Shown piece after piece: positions 38,161 through 51,704 of a stretch of DNA of 64,000 bases; position 1 is the stretch's first letter; the number at the start of each line of letters is the position of its first letter. Where the stretch lies: assembly GCF_052425735.1 (NCBI RefSeq), contig NC_135771.1, positions 3,782,001 through 3,846,000 on the forward strand, given 5' to 3'. Both the position numbers and the translations under genes were made by a program. This DNA comes from Oculina patagonica. Its lineage: Eukaryota. A model generated the notes under the pieces. It was not told where the DNA came from and ran no database searches. It saw nothing but the letters and a program-made list of their open reading frames with translations.

Positions 38161-38462
38161 GGGAGGCGCGGTGGCCTAATGGTGGTCTAATGGTTAGTGC
38201 GCTCGACTCCGAGTCGAACGGCCCGGGTTCGAACCCTGGCCGGGGCGCTGCGTTGTGTTCTTGGGCAAGACGCTTTACTCTCACAGTGCCTCTCTCCACC
38301 CAGGTGTATAAATGGATACCGGCGAATTTACTGCTGGGGGGTAACCCTGCGATGGACTAGCATCCCATCCAGGGGGAGTAGCAATACTCCTAGTCGCTTA
38401 ATGCTATGGAAACCGGGATAAGCTCCGGCTGTATGGGCCACTTGGCTCGGACACAGTCTAAT
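38161..38462 (+). mobile_element. tRNA-derived SINE (CORE-like family)
   Basis: GGTGGCCTAATGG A box, GGTTCGAACCC B box, CTTGGGCAAGAC..CCACCCAGGTGTATAAATGG; other copies at 45518-45945 and 59515-60145. Confidence 0.88.
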
Positions 38463-40182
38463 TACAACAAATGCCGACAATGCAATAAACCTATCACAGC
38501 TCAACCATGCAAAAAAGTTAGGTTTTTATTAAGTTGTTAGATTGTAAAGAATATTTAATGAAAACCTTGAGTTTTGTTTAGAAAATTAGACTGACTAATT
38601 TCAAGGGCTGGAATTTTTTTAGTTTAAACAACAAAAACATACTTTTCCACCCACTATTCCGAGCAGGTATCAGTGTTTTATTTTCGATCTGTTGTAATAC
38701 AAAAATCGAATAACTAATATCCAATACGAACAGCGAATATTTAATTACTAATTTCGTCTAAACTGATCATATTTATACACATAGCAAAAAGAAGAGAATG
38801 ATAAATATGTCGCCCACAAAGCGATTAACGAGATCTCATTGTTTATATTTTATTAATCAAATACTTCATAACATATAACAGAAAAGACTTAATTGCACGT
38901 TTATTTGTTAAATACCGAACCATTTAGCCCACAACCCACCATAAAACCAGAGAAAATGAAGCACTCTTTCTAATACCCTCCTATGGCTAATTTTAAATTT
39001 AATTATAGAGAATAAGTTAATTGGATAAAATGTTGTCGAATTAATGACACAACCCTTAAAACTAAACGATACGTGAATGTCTAACGGATTATTTCTCGTT
39101 AAAAAGTCACATTATTTTTCTGGCTAATTTTAAATTTAATTATAGAGAATAAGTTAATTGGATAAAATGTTTGTCGAACTAATGATACAATCCTTAAAAT
39201 AAACATTCTATAAATCTCGAACAAGCTTAAAAAGCTCGTTTTCCGGTTAGTTCCATCACATCACAACTGATCTGGTTGCGCCTTTTTCCAGCGATAAAGA
39301 GAATTCTCTTGATATAAGGTAAGAATATTGCTGTCTTTAATATATCCCCTGCAACTACTTTTAAGTTGATCATGAACAGAATAGAACCTGGAAAAAAAGA
39401 AGTGTACGACAATGAAAAAAGCTCAATGTTTGCTGTTAAAAATCAAGGATTTTTAACGGAATGAAGAAAGGCGAAAGCTTGATTTATATATGCCATTTTA
39501 CAAATCGACTTCGGGCCAACTTCTTAAGACAACGTAGAGAGACATATAAGCTTACAAGCATGTGTGCATTTAGTTGAGTTGGCGACTTCATGAAAAAGAT
39601 TTATACAGTTAACGTACACCAAAGCCCAAAACTAAGGTTCATGGTCGTTCATGTTATGAAGGTGTCCGCATTAGTGAGGTATAGATTACACTGTTATATA
39701 AATTCTGCCAGGGAGGGGGGTACTCCCATAAATTTCGGATAGGGGTGTGCCGCGAAGGTTCTTAAACCCTGAACCTTTTTAAGTATAAAGAAAGCGATAA
39801 TTGATACTCTTTTAACGGCCCAAAACCGAAAAAATAACACCCTATTCGAGAGTGGGGAAGCGTTCCGTGACGAACAAAAACAAAGGGCTTTCGTTTGAGG
39901 GCAGAGGAGAACAAAGGAATTTGTATGAGGAAAAGGGGGATTTTATTTCAACTGGAATCAGGGAGACGATTCTATTTCATTTTGTGATGAACAGGGAACA
40001 TGTTAACCCCGCTTGTGTAGTTTTTAGCGCGCGTTTGGGAAACGCGAAATTAAAGGCGACGGACGGCCACGCGGCGGGCGGTGAGAGTGAGGATCGAGCA
40101 GGCGCCTGACCGGAACCCACCTAAAGGCGTTTGCCACCCACAAGTAAAAAAAATTAAAACTACACCGAGTTCGTGATTAAAC

Positions 40183-41203
40183 CACGGTGGTCGGTTGCTA
40201 GGGCTTTTGCTCCCGCACCTTCCAAAACTTAGAGCTTTAGGCCATTGACAGAAGTAGAATGCATCGAATGTAACGAAACTTGGCAGGGAAGTAGGTTGAT
40301 AAATTACCTATTTATTCGTGTTTATTTTACCTCATGCGACTGCTATTGTGACGTCAAATATGATGTCCAAATTTGGCATCAGAAGAAAATTCAGGAAAGA
40401 AATGGTAAAAAATGATATAAGTTTTCTGCATAGAATTCTATGCTTTTTGGTGAAAACCCCATCTTAATCGGATAAAATGGCGTAAAGTTACAGGTAATTA
40501 AAGAAATTCAAATTTCCCGCCACATGACCATATATGGACAAACTTAAGGGGTGATTAAACGCGAAAACAATAAATGTATGCGTAACGGAGAAAAGACAAT
40601 GCTGCATAAAATCAAAATCGCAGTTTTTTTAATTTAGTATATGTGGGGCTATGACGCGTATTTCGTCACGAATTACGTCATAATGACGTCACAATGACGT
40701 ATTTCGTGACGAAATACGCGTCATAACCTCACATATGCTAAATTAAAAAAACTGCGATTTTGATTTTATGCAGCATTGTCTTTTCTCCGTTACGCATACA
40801 TTTATTGTTTTCGCGTTTAATCACCCCTTAAGTTTGACCATATATGGTCATGTGGCGGGAAATTTGAATTTCTTTAATTACCTATAACTTTATGCTATTT
40901 TATCCGATTGAGATAGGGTTTTCACTGTTAATATTGTTTTTCAGTAACAAAAATATCTGTAACGTTTTGAACACTGCTTTACAGATTTTTAATGTTGTTA
41001 CTAAAAATAGGTGTCACTTACGTCATCATACTTTCAAGAAAAGCCGAAATACCTTTACAATTGTAAAAATTTAAAGAAAAATTTGCTGCAATTAATATGG
41101 TCTAATGTCTTGCTTCATTTGAAATATAAACTTCTCCTCTGTGAGCCGAAAAATAAGTTTATGAATCTTGCGGGGGAAAAAGCCCTAGCAACCGACCATC
41201 GTG
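40183..41203. mobile_element. Chapaev-like non-autonomous element with a central palindrome of about 475 bp
   Basis: TIR CACG(G/A)TGGTCGGTTGCTAGGGCTTTT; AAC duplicated; palindrome 40450-40924. Confidence 0.8.
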
Positions 41204-41423
41204 AACGCCTAGTATCGAATAAACGCCGGGTCTCCAAGGTGGAGATGAAATAAGGCCTTTGAGGTATTTGTTTGGGGTATAATAAGCTGTGGAAATATTA
41301 GCAGAATACATGTTTGTCAAAAATAATGAGGAATAATAAAGGAGTTGTGATTCTCTGTAACTGCTAAATTTCTTTTACTATTACAGGTATAACAGGTATT
41401 ACAGGTTCAAGGTACAAGGAAAG

Positions 41424-44400
41424 ATGTTGCGTTTGTTGGGTTTTTGTCTTCTTACAGTACTATTTGTCAGTGCAGGTAGAACCCAGTGATTCCTGTTCTC
41501 CGGGGGGTACTCTAGATATTTTTGGGTGGGGGTGTGCCGCTGGGACTCTGAAACCCTTACCCTATACTAGACCCTGTTCAGCTGATTTCCCAACTCTTTA
41601 CTAGACTAAACACCGAAAATCGCTAATCTACCCCAGACTTGTCGTTTTCAGAACTGTGTATTTATTTGTGTTTTTAATGGAAAACCATCTGTCAACGACG
41701 TTGCCGCGATGATTTTATGTACGTTTTAGAAGGCCTCTTCCTCTTCCAAGTTTCTATTCCTATTCTGGACTTATTTCCTCATACTACTGATCAGTTTTCC
41801 GGCAAATTCGAGGCAAATAATACCCTATTCTAGACCAAAACTGTCTGATTTGTATACCCTATCCCAGACTAAACTGCTTCACAGCAGCACATATCTATAA
41901 AGTTCATATATGGGAGTGCCCCCCCCCCCCCCCGGACCTTTTCTATTTTGTTCACCCCTGCATCGATGCAACAGCTTTACTGTATAAACGCTAAAACCTT
42001 AATCATAATGTTTATGAAATTGTCGTACAAGTACTTTTGCTAGTTACTGAACTAAAATCACGTGATATAAAACTACATCAGTAAGAACCCCCGGGGGCTC
42101 CCATATAAAAGGAAAGAGGATGTTCGTCGCTAAGCTTAGGGGTGTAAATTTTTCTGGTTATTTTGGTGTTTCCTACGGAGTTTAGGACAGAACGCCCTTT
42201 TTAACGGTGGGGAGTCTCATTTAGGGTTGCACAGGAAGAAGTAAACGAGCGGTCATACCAATTGGGAATAAAAAAAATGATATCAATTAGTGGTCAAAAA
42301 CGTTTGAGCGGCGCCCAGATTGGTTTCCTTTAGAGGTTTATAATAATTCAAATCTTCCGACGAGCATTCCCCCTTTTTCAAATGGAAGTCTTCCCCATCC
42401 CTGGCAAAAGTCAAGATCTGGGTCTATAGATCTTGGACACAACTAGTTGAAACAAACCCATTTCACATATTTTTCACAAATTTCCTCACTTGCAAGCGGG
42501 TTAAAATATTTTATCCCCCCTCTCCCCCTACTCAATGTTGTTTCTTGATGTTTGCGGTTCGAGAGGGTTTGTTTTGAAAACACTACATTATTAACAACAT
42601 TAAAAAGCTCAGTATAGCTTGCTAAGATCTCCAGCCATCATATTCATCAGTTATCTTCTGTAGCAGATTTATTTGACATTTTGTAAAAAGAATTAATATA
42701 ATGGAAATAAAGTTGAGAAATGGAGGAAGGGGGTTGCAAAACTAAACTAGGTATGTTACCTAAATTAGTGGAAATTTGCTAAGTGTTTCAACAGTTTTGT
42801 CCAAGATTGATCGTAGATAGGGCTTTGCACAAGTTGCTCGAGATTTCCCAAAACTTGCTGCCTCCTGTCGCACGGTTTTTTGTTTCTTTTTTTTTTTTTC
42901 TTGCTATTAGTTTTTTTGTTTTTCTTTCTTGTAAATGTAAATTTGTGTGACAAAGAAAGTAAACTAAACGAAACGAAACGAAACTTCTCTAAAAGTTGCT
43001 CCAAAAAATCTCCAAAACGTTGCCTTTAAATAAGAATATTCTCCAAATATATGCAAAAGATTGCTAAGCGTTTTAGGCAATTTTACTGCAACAGAAACAT
43101 CTAAATAACATTTTAAGGCCAAAATTCGTTGAATTACAAGGATTTCTTTCACTAAAGAACAATCGTGAAGATACCGATGATCCGAAAGTTGAAGCATCCT
43201 CTGACCTTCTTCGGAAATCTTAGCTTCGGCAATTTTGTTAATCTTCGGAAAAGTTCGAAAAATGCTCGCAAAACCTTGGTATGGTCTTCGAATAACACTC
43301 GGACAATCTTCAGACTGGAGATTGTGAAAAGTTGCTCAAAGATGAAAAGTTGCCGAGCAACTTGTGGAAAGCCCTAATCATAGATCTGAGTCTTATACGT
43401 GATAAGAAATAGTACAGAAATAGAATTTTTTAAAACACATTTTCCCCTACCTATTGGCCCTTACAAAGTAACAAACAGTAATTTTAAATGCACGGCTAGT
43501 ACGACGACACTTGTATTGGACAATTTATTTGGCCGATATTTCGACTAGTCAACTAGTCTTCTACAGGGCCAGAGCTGGAGTGAGATAAAACTTAACGGCT
43601 CCTATACAAAGCCCATACAAAGCCCATGCACAAAGCCCATGCTTTAAAGTAACAAAGTCCATGCTTAATTTGAATAATTATCTGTCATTTCTAGAGGAAC
43701 ATCGTCGAGTTTGTGAGCACAAAGTCATGACAATAACCTGTCCTGATTCAATGGAAATCAATATTCTGAGCGCATCCTATGGACGCACTCAGCAGGGACT
43801 GTGTGGAAGGAACGGAAACACAAAGTGCCATGCCGGTACATCGATGAGAATTGCTAGGCACGAGTGCCAAGGGCAACCAAGGTGCACTCTGCACGCTTCA
43901 AATACTGTCTTTGGAGACCCGTGTGTAGGAACCTTGAAATACCTTGAGGTGGGTTCAAAATCAACTTCTCTAGAAATTTACAATTTAAAGCGGCCTTCAC
44001 ACGACAAACTATTGGCCAACTCGTGTTGGCAAACTCGAGTTGGTGTGCGTGAACGACGCAGCAACGGCAAACAAGTTGGCCAACTGTTGGCGACAAAATA
44101 GAACTTGTCTCTATTCTCACCAACAGTTTGCCAACTTGTTTGCCAACTGTTGTTGTGTCGTTCACACACACCAACTTGAGTTTGCCAACTGATGAGTTTG
44201 CCAACTTTAGTTTGTCGTGTGAAGACCGCTTGAGGTACCCTCGTCCTAGAGGGCGGGGTCCTCTATATGAAAGGCACGGGGCGGCTTATCGGGAAACCTA
44301 AATTAAACTCCTAAAGGAAACCAATCTGGGCGTGGTTTAAGCGTTTCTTTTACTCTTAAAAGATAACCCAGACGATTGCATTTTTCATTTCTTCACTTTT

Positions 44401-46577
44401 TTCGAGGACTTAATGTATTGGCGTTTTGTCCAGAACACCCTAAGTGAGACAAAAAATCGTAATTCACATCAAGACGACGAGCTTCCCCGTCCCTATCACG
44501 TGGAATACCCCCACACCCCCCGGACTCACGCCCAGGGGTTTTAACTGAGAAATAGATAAAAAAGAGAATACCTCTGGAACCAGGGTACAATTGAAGCACC
44601 TGTTGGCAAAAACGATAATCATAACACGCACAACGCACACAGCACAACACACCTCCGGTGCTTGATTGTAATGCAGGCTGGCAATACGACATTTGGAACC
44701 CTCCTCTGCAGAAAACCTGGCTACGCCCCTGAGTAAGTAACGCCCCAAACGAGAGTCTGTCCGCTAAGCAAAACACTCAGCCAAATTAATTACTGTAAAA
44801 CTCCGGTTGTAAGCCTTTGGCTTATACAACTTCGTAAAGGGTTTTGTGCGTGCTTATAAGCGGAGGGGCTTATATCCGGGAGGGCTTAAGCAGAGTAAAA
44901 AAAAAACGTTTCGAAACGAACCACGGGAGTGTTGATCAAAATACGTTTTTAAGTTAAAAACGCATAATAAAGCAACATTTAGCCCTGTTCAGTACTGTCA
45001 TCCAGCATAGGAGGGGCTTATATCCGGGGGGCTTATAATCGGATGTATTTTTTTGTTTCCAGGTAGTTGGGCTTATAGCCGGGGGGGCTTATAATCGGAA
45101 TTTTATGGTATTTCTTAAAGCTGATATGTTGTTTCATTACAAATCCATGCACAGATAAAGTACAAGTGTGTGCATAAAACAGAACTTTGTGGTGAAGGTT
45201 TGCTGCTGAGGGTTTGCGAGGGCACGAGACAGGCGATTCGTTGCGAAGCTCCAACGAAAATTAACATCGTGTCGGCGAACTACGGTCGTTTGGATCGCGG
45301 AAACTGTCCTGGGCCGATCAAAACTGACAACTGCGGAGCGGCGGGATCGCTTAGTAAAGTGAGGCGCGATTGCCAAGGAAAGCGGGAGTGTGTTTTACAT
45401 GCGACAAATGGCCAGTACGGTGATCCTTGTGTTGGCACAAGGAAGTATATAGAGGTAAGAATCTTTCAGCACAACGAATTGTAATTGTATTTTGTACTTT
45501 TTACTTTGTTTTACATAGGAGCCGCGGTGACCTAATGGTTAGCGCGTTGGACTCCGGATCTCTCTCCTCCGCAGAGGCCTCTTATTTTTTCGTACGGGCT
45601 GGGAAATGGGGAGAGGTGAAAAGTAAGCGCGCGGAGCATTTTTCGTTTTTTCCCCTCCTCCCACTGAACGAACCCCTGTTGAGGAGAGAGACTCCGGATT
45701 GAACGGTCCGGGTTCCAGCCCTGGCCGCGCTTACTGTGTTGTGTTCTTGGGCAATACACTTTACCCTCATAGTTCCTCTCTCCGCCCAGGTGTAGAAATG
45801 GGTACCGGCGAAATAATGCTGGGGGGTAACCCTGCGATGGACTAGCATCCCATCCAGGGGGGAGAAGAAATACTCCTAGTCGCTAATGCTACCGAAACCG
45901 AGATAAGCTCCGGCAGCATGCGCCACTTGGCTCGAGGCTTACCTTTTTTAAATTTATTTTAAACTTTCTTTTTATCCGATACTCCATAGAAACTCGTAGA
46001 TTACGTTGCCTTTGTGTCATGGACATGTGAAGATGAACGAAAAACAATTAGAGAAATGTGGTGTGAATTATTAAAGAAAGAATAAAATAACGAAACAAGA
46101 TTTATTTACGTCCATAAAAAGACGGTGACGCTCGCAGGAGCCGTAAGAGAACTTCGAGTTTAATTGTAGTTTACTTTGAGAACTCAACTGTGGAAATTTC
46201 TTTTCACTTCGGTTTTTCTCAGTCCATAAAATTAGAAAAATACTTAGCTGAAAGGTTTGTGAAACACTTGCTCTGCAAACCTATGGAAGCTGTTTGTGAT
46301 TAGCGCGGCGTTATGGCCAGCATTGAGGCCGAAAAGTATTAAATAATCCCGTCAATAGATCAGTTTTAGCGATATTTTATGTTTAATAGAATAGCCACTG
46401 GGTTATGCTAAAACAATAAGGCTGCTAACCCTTGGTTTCTATTTCTTCTCATTTAAATCTAATGGATAGGAAAAAGTCTTTTCATACCCTCTTTCCTTCT
46501 AGTGGTAATAAAACTAATCGTTCATATATTTCATTTTAAAACAGGTTCGATACAAGTGTGAGTATCAATATAAGTGA
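41424..46577 (+). CDS. Secreted two-domain SUEL/rhamnose-binding lectin, paralog 4; coding exons 41424-41475, 43695-43948, 45155-45454, 46545-46577
   Basis: MLRLLGFCLLTVLFVSA signal exon; two domains with VCE, YGR, GDPC and KYL/KYI; last exon VRYKCEYQYK*; AG/GT borders in frame. Confidence 0.92.
42818..43376. mobile_element. hAT-type non-autonomous element
   Basis: TIR TAGGGCTTT(G/C)CACAAGTTGCTCG; 8-bp TSD ATCGTAGA/ATCATAGA. Confidence 0.85.
43531..43570 (-). ncRNA. Degenerate Penelope-type minimal hammerhead
   Basis: GGCC-CUGuAGA-A-GACUAG UUGA CUAGUC-GAA-AUAU-C-GGCC; core A6 replaced by U. Confidence 0.55.
43985..44232. mobile_element. MITE with TTGCCAAC subrepeats
   Basis: TIR AAGCGG(C/T)CTTCACACGACAAACT. 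Confidence 0.8.
44791..45110. mobile_element. MITE with GGGCTTATA subrepeats, copy 2
   Basis: Colinear with 8771-9105. Confidence 0.85.
45518..45945 (+). mobile_element. Same SINE family, interrupted by a 131-bp MITE (45560-45690)
   Basis: Colinear with 38161-38462; insert flanked by 9-bp ACTCCGGAT. Confidence 0.88.
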
Positions 46578-47527
46578 GAGACAACATGGTCTGCCGTGCG
46601 TCGAAAACTAAAAGATTATTAACCTTTAATGATGATCAAATGTAGCTTGTAGAAATTCCGCAATTAAACTTCTTATTGACGGTCACTGTTTATTAGTTTA
46701 TTATTTTCTCTGGTCTAAAGCTCTAAATATTTACTCTCCTCGCTGGATGCCGCAAAGTTCTTTAATTGTTCGTTCTGAGAATTCAGTGGTACACCACCTA
46801 TTCCCCGCTAAGCCGCCTGTTCTGTAGGCTAACTTGATGATTTCTTTCCCGTCCCCCTGCTCCCTTCCACAATCTGATTAAATTGATTAATGGGCTATAA
46901 AAAGCAACACTCTTTCTTTCCCAAACAGTTTCTTTTGTATTCTCCTTCAAGCGCGCTTCTAATTAATTCTTCATCCAAGAAAAGACGTGGGGTACTGGGG
47001 AGAGTGAAACATAACGCGCGCAAATGCGTGCGTGGTTATCTCTCCCTTTTGTATTATGGTCCATCAGGGTTCAGGCTTTCGGATCGGACGATTATCCGAA
47101 CTATTATAAAATCTATATTGCTCAAAATGACCTGAATTAATTTTTCCGCTATTCGATTGGAAATGTATCAGTGCCTGCCACAACAACTTGCACGGATGTT
47201 GCAGGAAATTTAACTTTTCATAAACAGAGACGTTCAAACTCACTTTAGTTTACATGATGTTTTCCAACTACTTCAGAAACCCATAGCAAAATAAATTGGG
47301 CAAAAAAATTAAGAGCTTAGAAGAAACAAATGTTCTTAGATCAGGTAGGGTAAGGAAGATTTCGCGCTTGCAAATGAAAGTAAACGGGGGATCACGGCAA
47401 TGAAATTGTTAGACTGTCCACAGCCCTCAATTTTTTTCGATCGAATGAGCGCGGGGAAAGAACGGCGAGAGAACTGGATTTTGTTCGTGCAATGTACTTC
47501 GTTGATCATTACTTTTTTGTATGTGGT

Positions 47528-47543
47528 GGCTCCTAAAAGAGCC
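47528..47543 (-). terminator. Histone 3' stem-loop (H1)
   Basis: AAAC-GGCTCT-TTTA-GGAGCC-ACCA about 30 nt after the stop. Confidence 0.93.
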
Positions 47544-47571
47544 GTTTTGTTTATTGAAGAATCACCGCAAT

Positions 47572-48138
47572 TTACTTCTTAGCGGTCTTCTTGGCTGCTG
47601 GCTTCTTGGCGGGCTTTTTCGCCGCGGGTTTCTTAGCCGCTGGTTTCTTGGCTGCTTTCTTGGCGGGCTTTTTGGCTGCGGGCTTCTTCGCTGCTGGCTT
47701 TTTAGCTGCGGGTTTCTTTGCTGCTGGTTTTTTAGCCGCAGGTTTCTTTGCAGCCTTCTTTGCCGCTGGTTTCTTCGCTGCCTTCTTGGCGGCGGGCTTC
47801 TTTGGTTTGGCGGCAGGCTTCTTCTTTGCAGCGGGCTTTTTCTTCGGTTTCTCCGCCGGCTTGGCTACCTTGAAGGAACCTGATGCACCAGTTCCCTTGG
47901 TGTGCACAAGTTTTCCACTGGTGACGCCTCGCTTCAAAGCCGTCTTCAAGTGCGAGCCGACCTCACCAACCTTGTAGTTGGCTTTGATGTATTTCTCGAT
48001 GGCTTGGCGGGAAGAACCGCTTCGCTCCTTCAGCGCCGTAATGGCAGCCACGATCATCTCTATATAAGGTGGATGTGCGGCTGGCTTTGCCGGCTTTTTA
48101 GCCGGCTTCTTAGCTGGGGACTTTGCTGCTTCGGACAT
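47572..48138 (-). CDS. H1: Linker histone H1 (188 aa)
   Basis: Globular domain [29 protein letters not shown]; K/A/P-rich tail; 3' stem-loop. Confidence 0.97.
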   Translation of the reverse strand: MSEAAKSPAKKPAKKPAKPAAHPPYIEMIVAAITALKERSGSSRQAIEKYIKANYKVGEVGSHLKTALKRGVTSGKLVHTKGTGASGSFKVAKPAEKPKKKPAAKKKPAAKPKKPAAKKAAKKPAAKKAAKKPAAKKPAAKKPAAKKPAAKKPAAKKPAKKAAKKPAAKKPAAKKPAKKPAAKKTAKK

Positions 48139-49725
48139 GTTGCAATTATTAGAATCTTGTTATCACTTCGGACTGAAGACTCGAAATGTTCATTTGAATG
48201 TGCAAAGTGAAGTATATGCGCTAAATGCGGACCACCGAGGAAACAAGGCCGAAGAACATGGCGTCGTCAAATTCTGTGCTAGTTTACTCGACGTTTTGTT
48301 CAATAAAATCTTCTACTTACAACATTGATTTAATGTAAGCCTTACAATATGTAGTCTGGGTCTTTCTTGTGGTGCATTTGTAAAAATTATTGGATGAAAA
48401 TCTGTCAAAGATTGAAATTTTCTGCATAAAAGATTTCAAAGCAGTATGATTCTAATGAACACTTCGCCTTAACAGCAGAATAACTTGAGTTGAGTTCATT
48501 ATTCTTCATAAAATTGGGCGTTCTAAGAAAGAATTAGTACTAAGCCTTAGGTTTCTTCAACAAAATTAGACCTTCTTTGTATTCCCAATGGTTGAAGTTC
48601 TTTTTAGTTTGAACAACAAGGACAAATCTATTTTAGTCCGCCATTTGTTTATCGCTTCGTTGAATTCCCACCGAAAAATACTTTTCATGTATTTAAAATA
48701 ATTAAGCATAGGAAATTTGGGAAGGTATGATAAATTGCTAACAGCAGCGTTTACGAACAGTTTTCGCAGAGATAAACAGTGGATAGACAGCAATTTACTC
48801 GCCAGATACCCAACGTTCACTTGTTGCATTCACCGAACGTCGCCGATAATCTAATATGGCCTGACCGACCAGGCTGATAATCAACTTGAACAGCACAAAT
48901 CTATCTTTGCTATATTTCTTGTCATCTGTTTATTTGAATTTGTATACAATAATGTATTCTGGAACAGTTCAATGACACTGAATCTGAACTACTTCGTTCA
49001 TTTCCATTGTTGTAGCGCGTGGCAAACAATTTGGCGCAATTTGCATTTAGTTTGCGCCAAAATCAGTTGAACTACTAAATGTCTATACTTTGCCAGGATA
49101 AATCACTCTTAAAGTTAGCTATACATTGTAAGAATAATCTTTCAAAAACGTACGAAACTAAACCAGCCATAACAGTATTTCTTATGCACCGTGCTTTCTG
49201 GTGATGTTCTCTTAGACGAAAATCTCAAACTGTCGATGTGTCCTGACCGCCAATTTTTGAAGTGACTTTATAGTTATAAATTGTCCGGTGTCTAATTCAA
49301 GTTTTCGGTCTGTGTGTAAGGTACATGTTATTAAGGTTACAAACATGCATGTACATGTAGTGGAGTTCAAAGTAGGGAAAGGTAAATTCTGAATGGTAGT
49401 AATGTTATGGAGAACGAAGTCCCGCGCTCGCGGTAGGCAGACACTCGAGAACATTAGCCGTTAGAACGCGCGCCAAACTGACACAAAATGATGCCGACTT
49501 TACAATTTGAAATGGGAAAAGCGGTTACAACAAAATGTTCTCCAAAACCCTTTGGATGCTTCTTTCAATTTGAGCGATGATTGAATATAAAGTGAATAGC
49601 GAAAACACTTCTGTTTTGGTTCAGATTGATCTACATCTAAAAATCGCTCGTGCTTGGAGGGAGATAAGGGAGGGTGTAGGAATGACTTATAGTAACAAGT
49701 TGGTCATTGCTTTTATTGATTTGGT

Positions 49726-49741
49726 GGCTCCTAAAGGAGCC
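49726..49741 (-). terminator. Histone 3' stem-loop (H3)
   Basis: AAAC-GGCTCC-TTTA-GGAGCC-ACCA. Confidence 0.95.
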
Positions 49742-49768
49742 GTTTGTTTTGTGAGGGATGTAATCCAC

Positions 49769-51003
<1,235 letters not shown>

Positions 51004-51027
51004 ACTGCACTGCCAACTCAAACAAAC

Positions 51028-51043
51028 GGCTCCTTTAGGAGCC
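51028..51043 (+). terminator. Histone 3' stem-loop (H4)
   Basis: AAAC-GGCTCC-TTTA-GGAGCC-ACCA. Confidence 0.95.
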
Positions 51044-51624
51044 ACCAAATCTTTCAAAAGTCATGATCAATATATCTCCCCAATTATTATTAGCTGTCAT
51101 ATTAAATAGCGACAAAGGCAGTAAGGTCGAAAAATACAGAGGTACAGCCGCAATAAAATCCACTCGGATGTTGCAAAGCGAACTACAATCCTTTGATGCG
51201 CTTCGCTCGCCGCTCTTGCGTGTGACCCAGAGGTGAGCAGTAACTCATTTGTAGCGTTCAAATATGAAGACTTGGAGTGAGTGCACGTAGGTTATTACAT
51301 CCTCTGTTATTACGGACATAACTTTTCGCCAACATCAAAATGGCTTGAGTTACTTTTAAGGAATTCGCGCAGTATATAGTGAAAATAACTTGTTAAAATG
51401 CACGCGCAAAGTGGTGTAAATGAAAAAAAAATTCGCGATATCTGCAAAGAACGAAGAAATTTGTATGTACAGAGGTCGCTACAAAAAGCGGAAAGCGAGT
51501 TCGTTACAAAAACAGCCGAATTTTCAAATTGGCGCCTCTTTTATGTCAGCGTATCCCGCGCGCACTGGAAAATAAAGAAAAAGCGCTAAAATTTGCATTT
51601 GTTCAGAAGACACGAGTATATAAG

Positions 51625-51704
51625 TAGCCTGCGAGCAGGCTCTCTATTCGCTTCGCCAACTCACTCGCGCCTTTGCCCCGAATATAGAGCCTGCTCGCAG
51701 GCTA
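51625..51704. mobile_element. Small hairpin MITE
   Basis: TAGCCTGCGAGCAGGCTCT...AGAGCCTGCTCGCAGGCTA. Confidence 0.75.

Noticed and set aside
47521-47977. + strand hydrophobic ORFs (AAGFF repeats)
   Set aside because: Antisense shadow of the H1 KKPAA tail.
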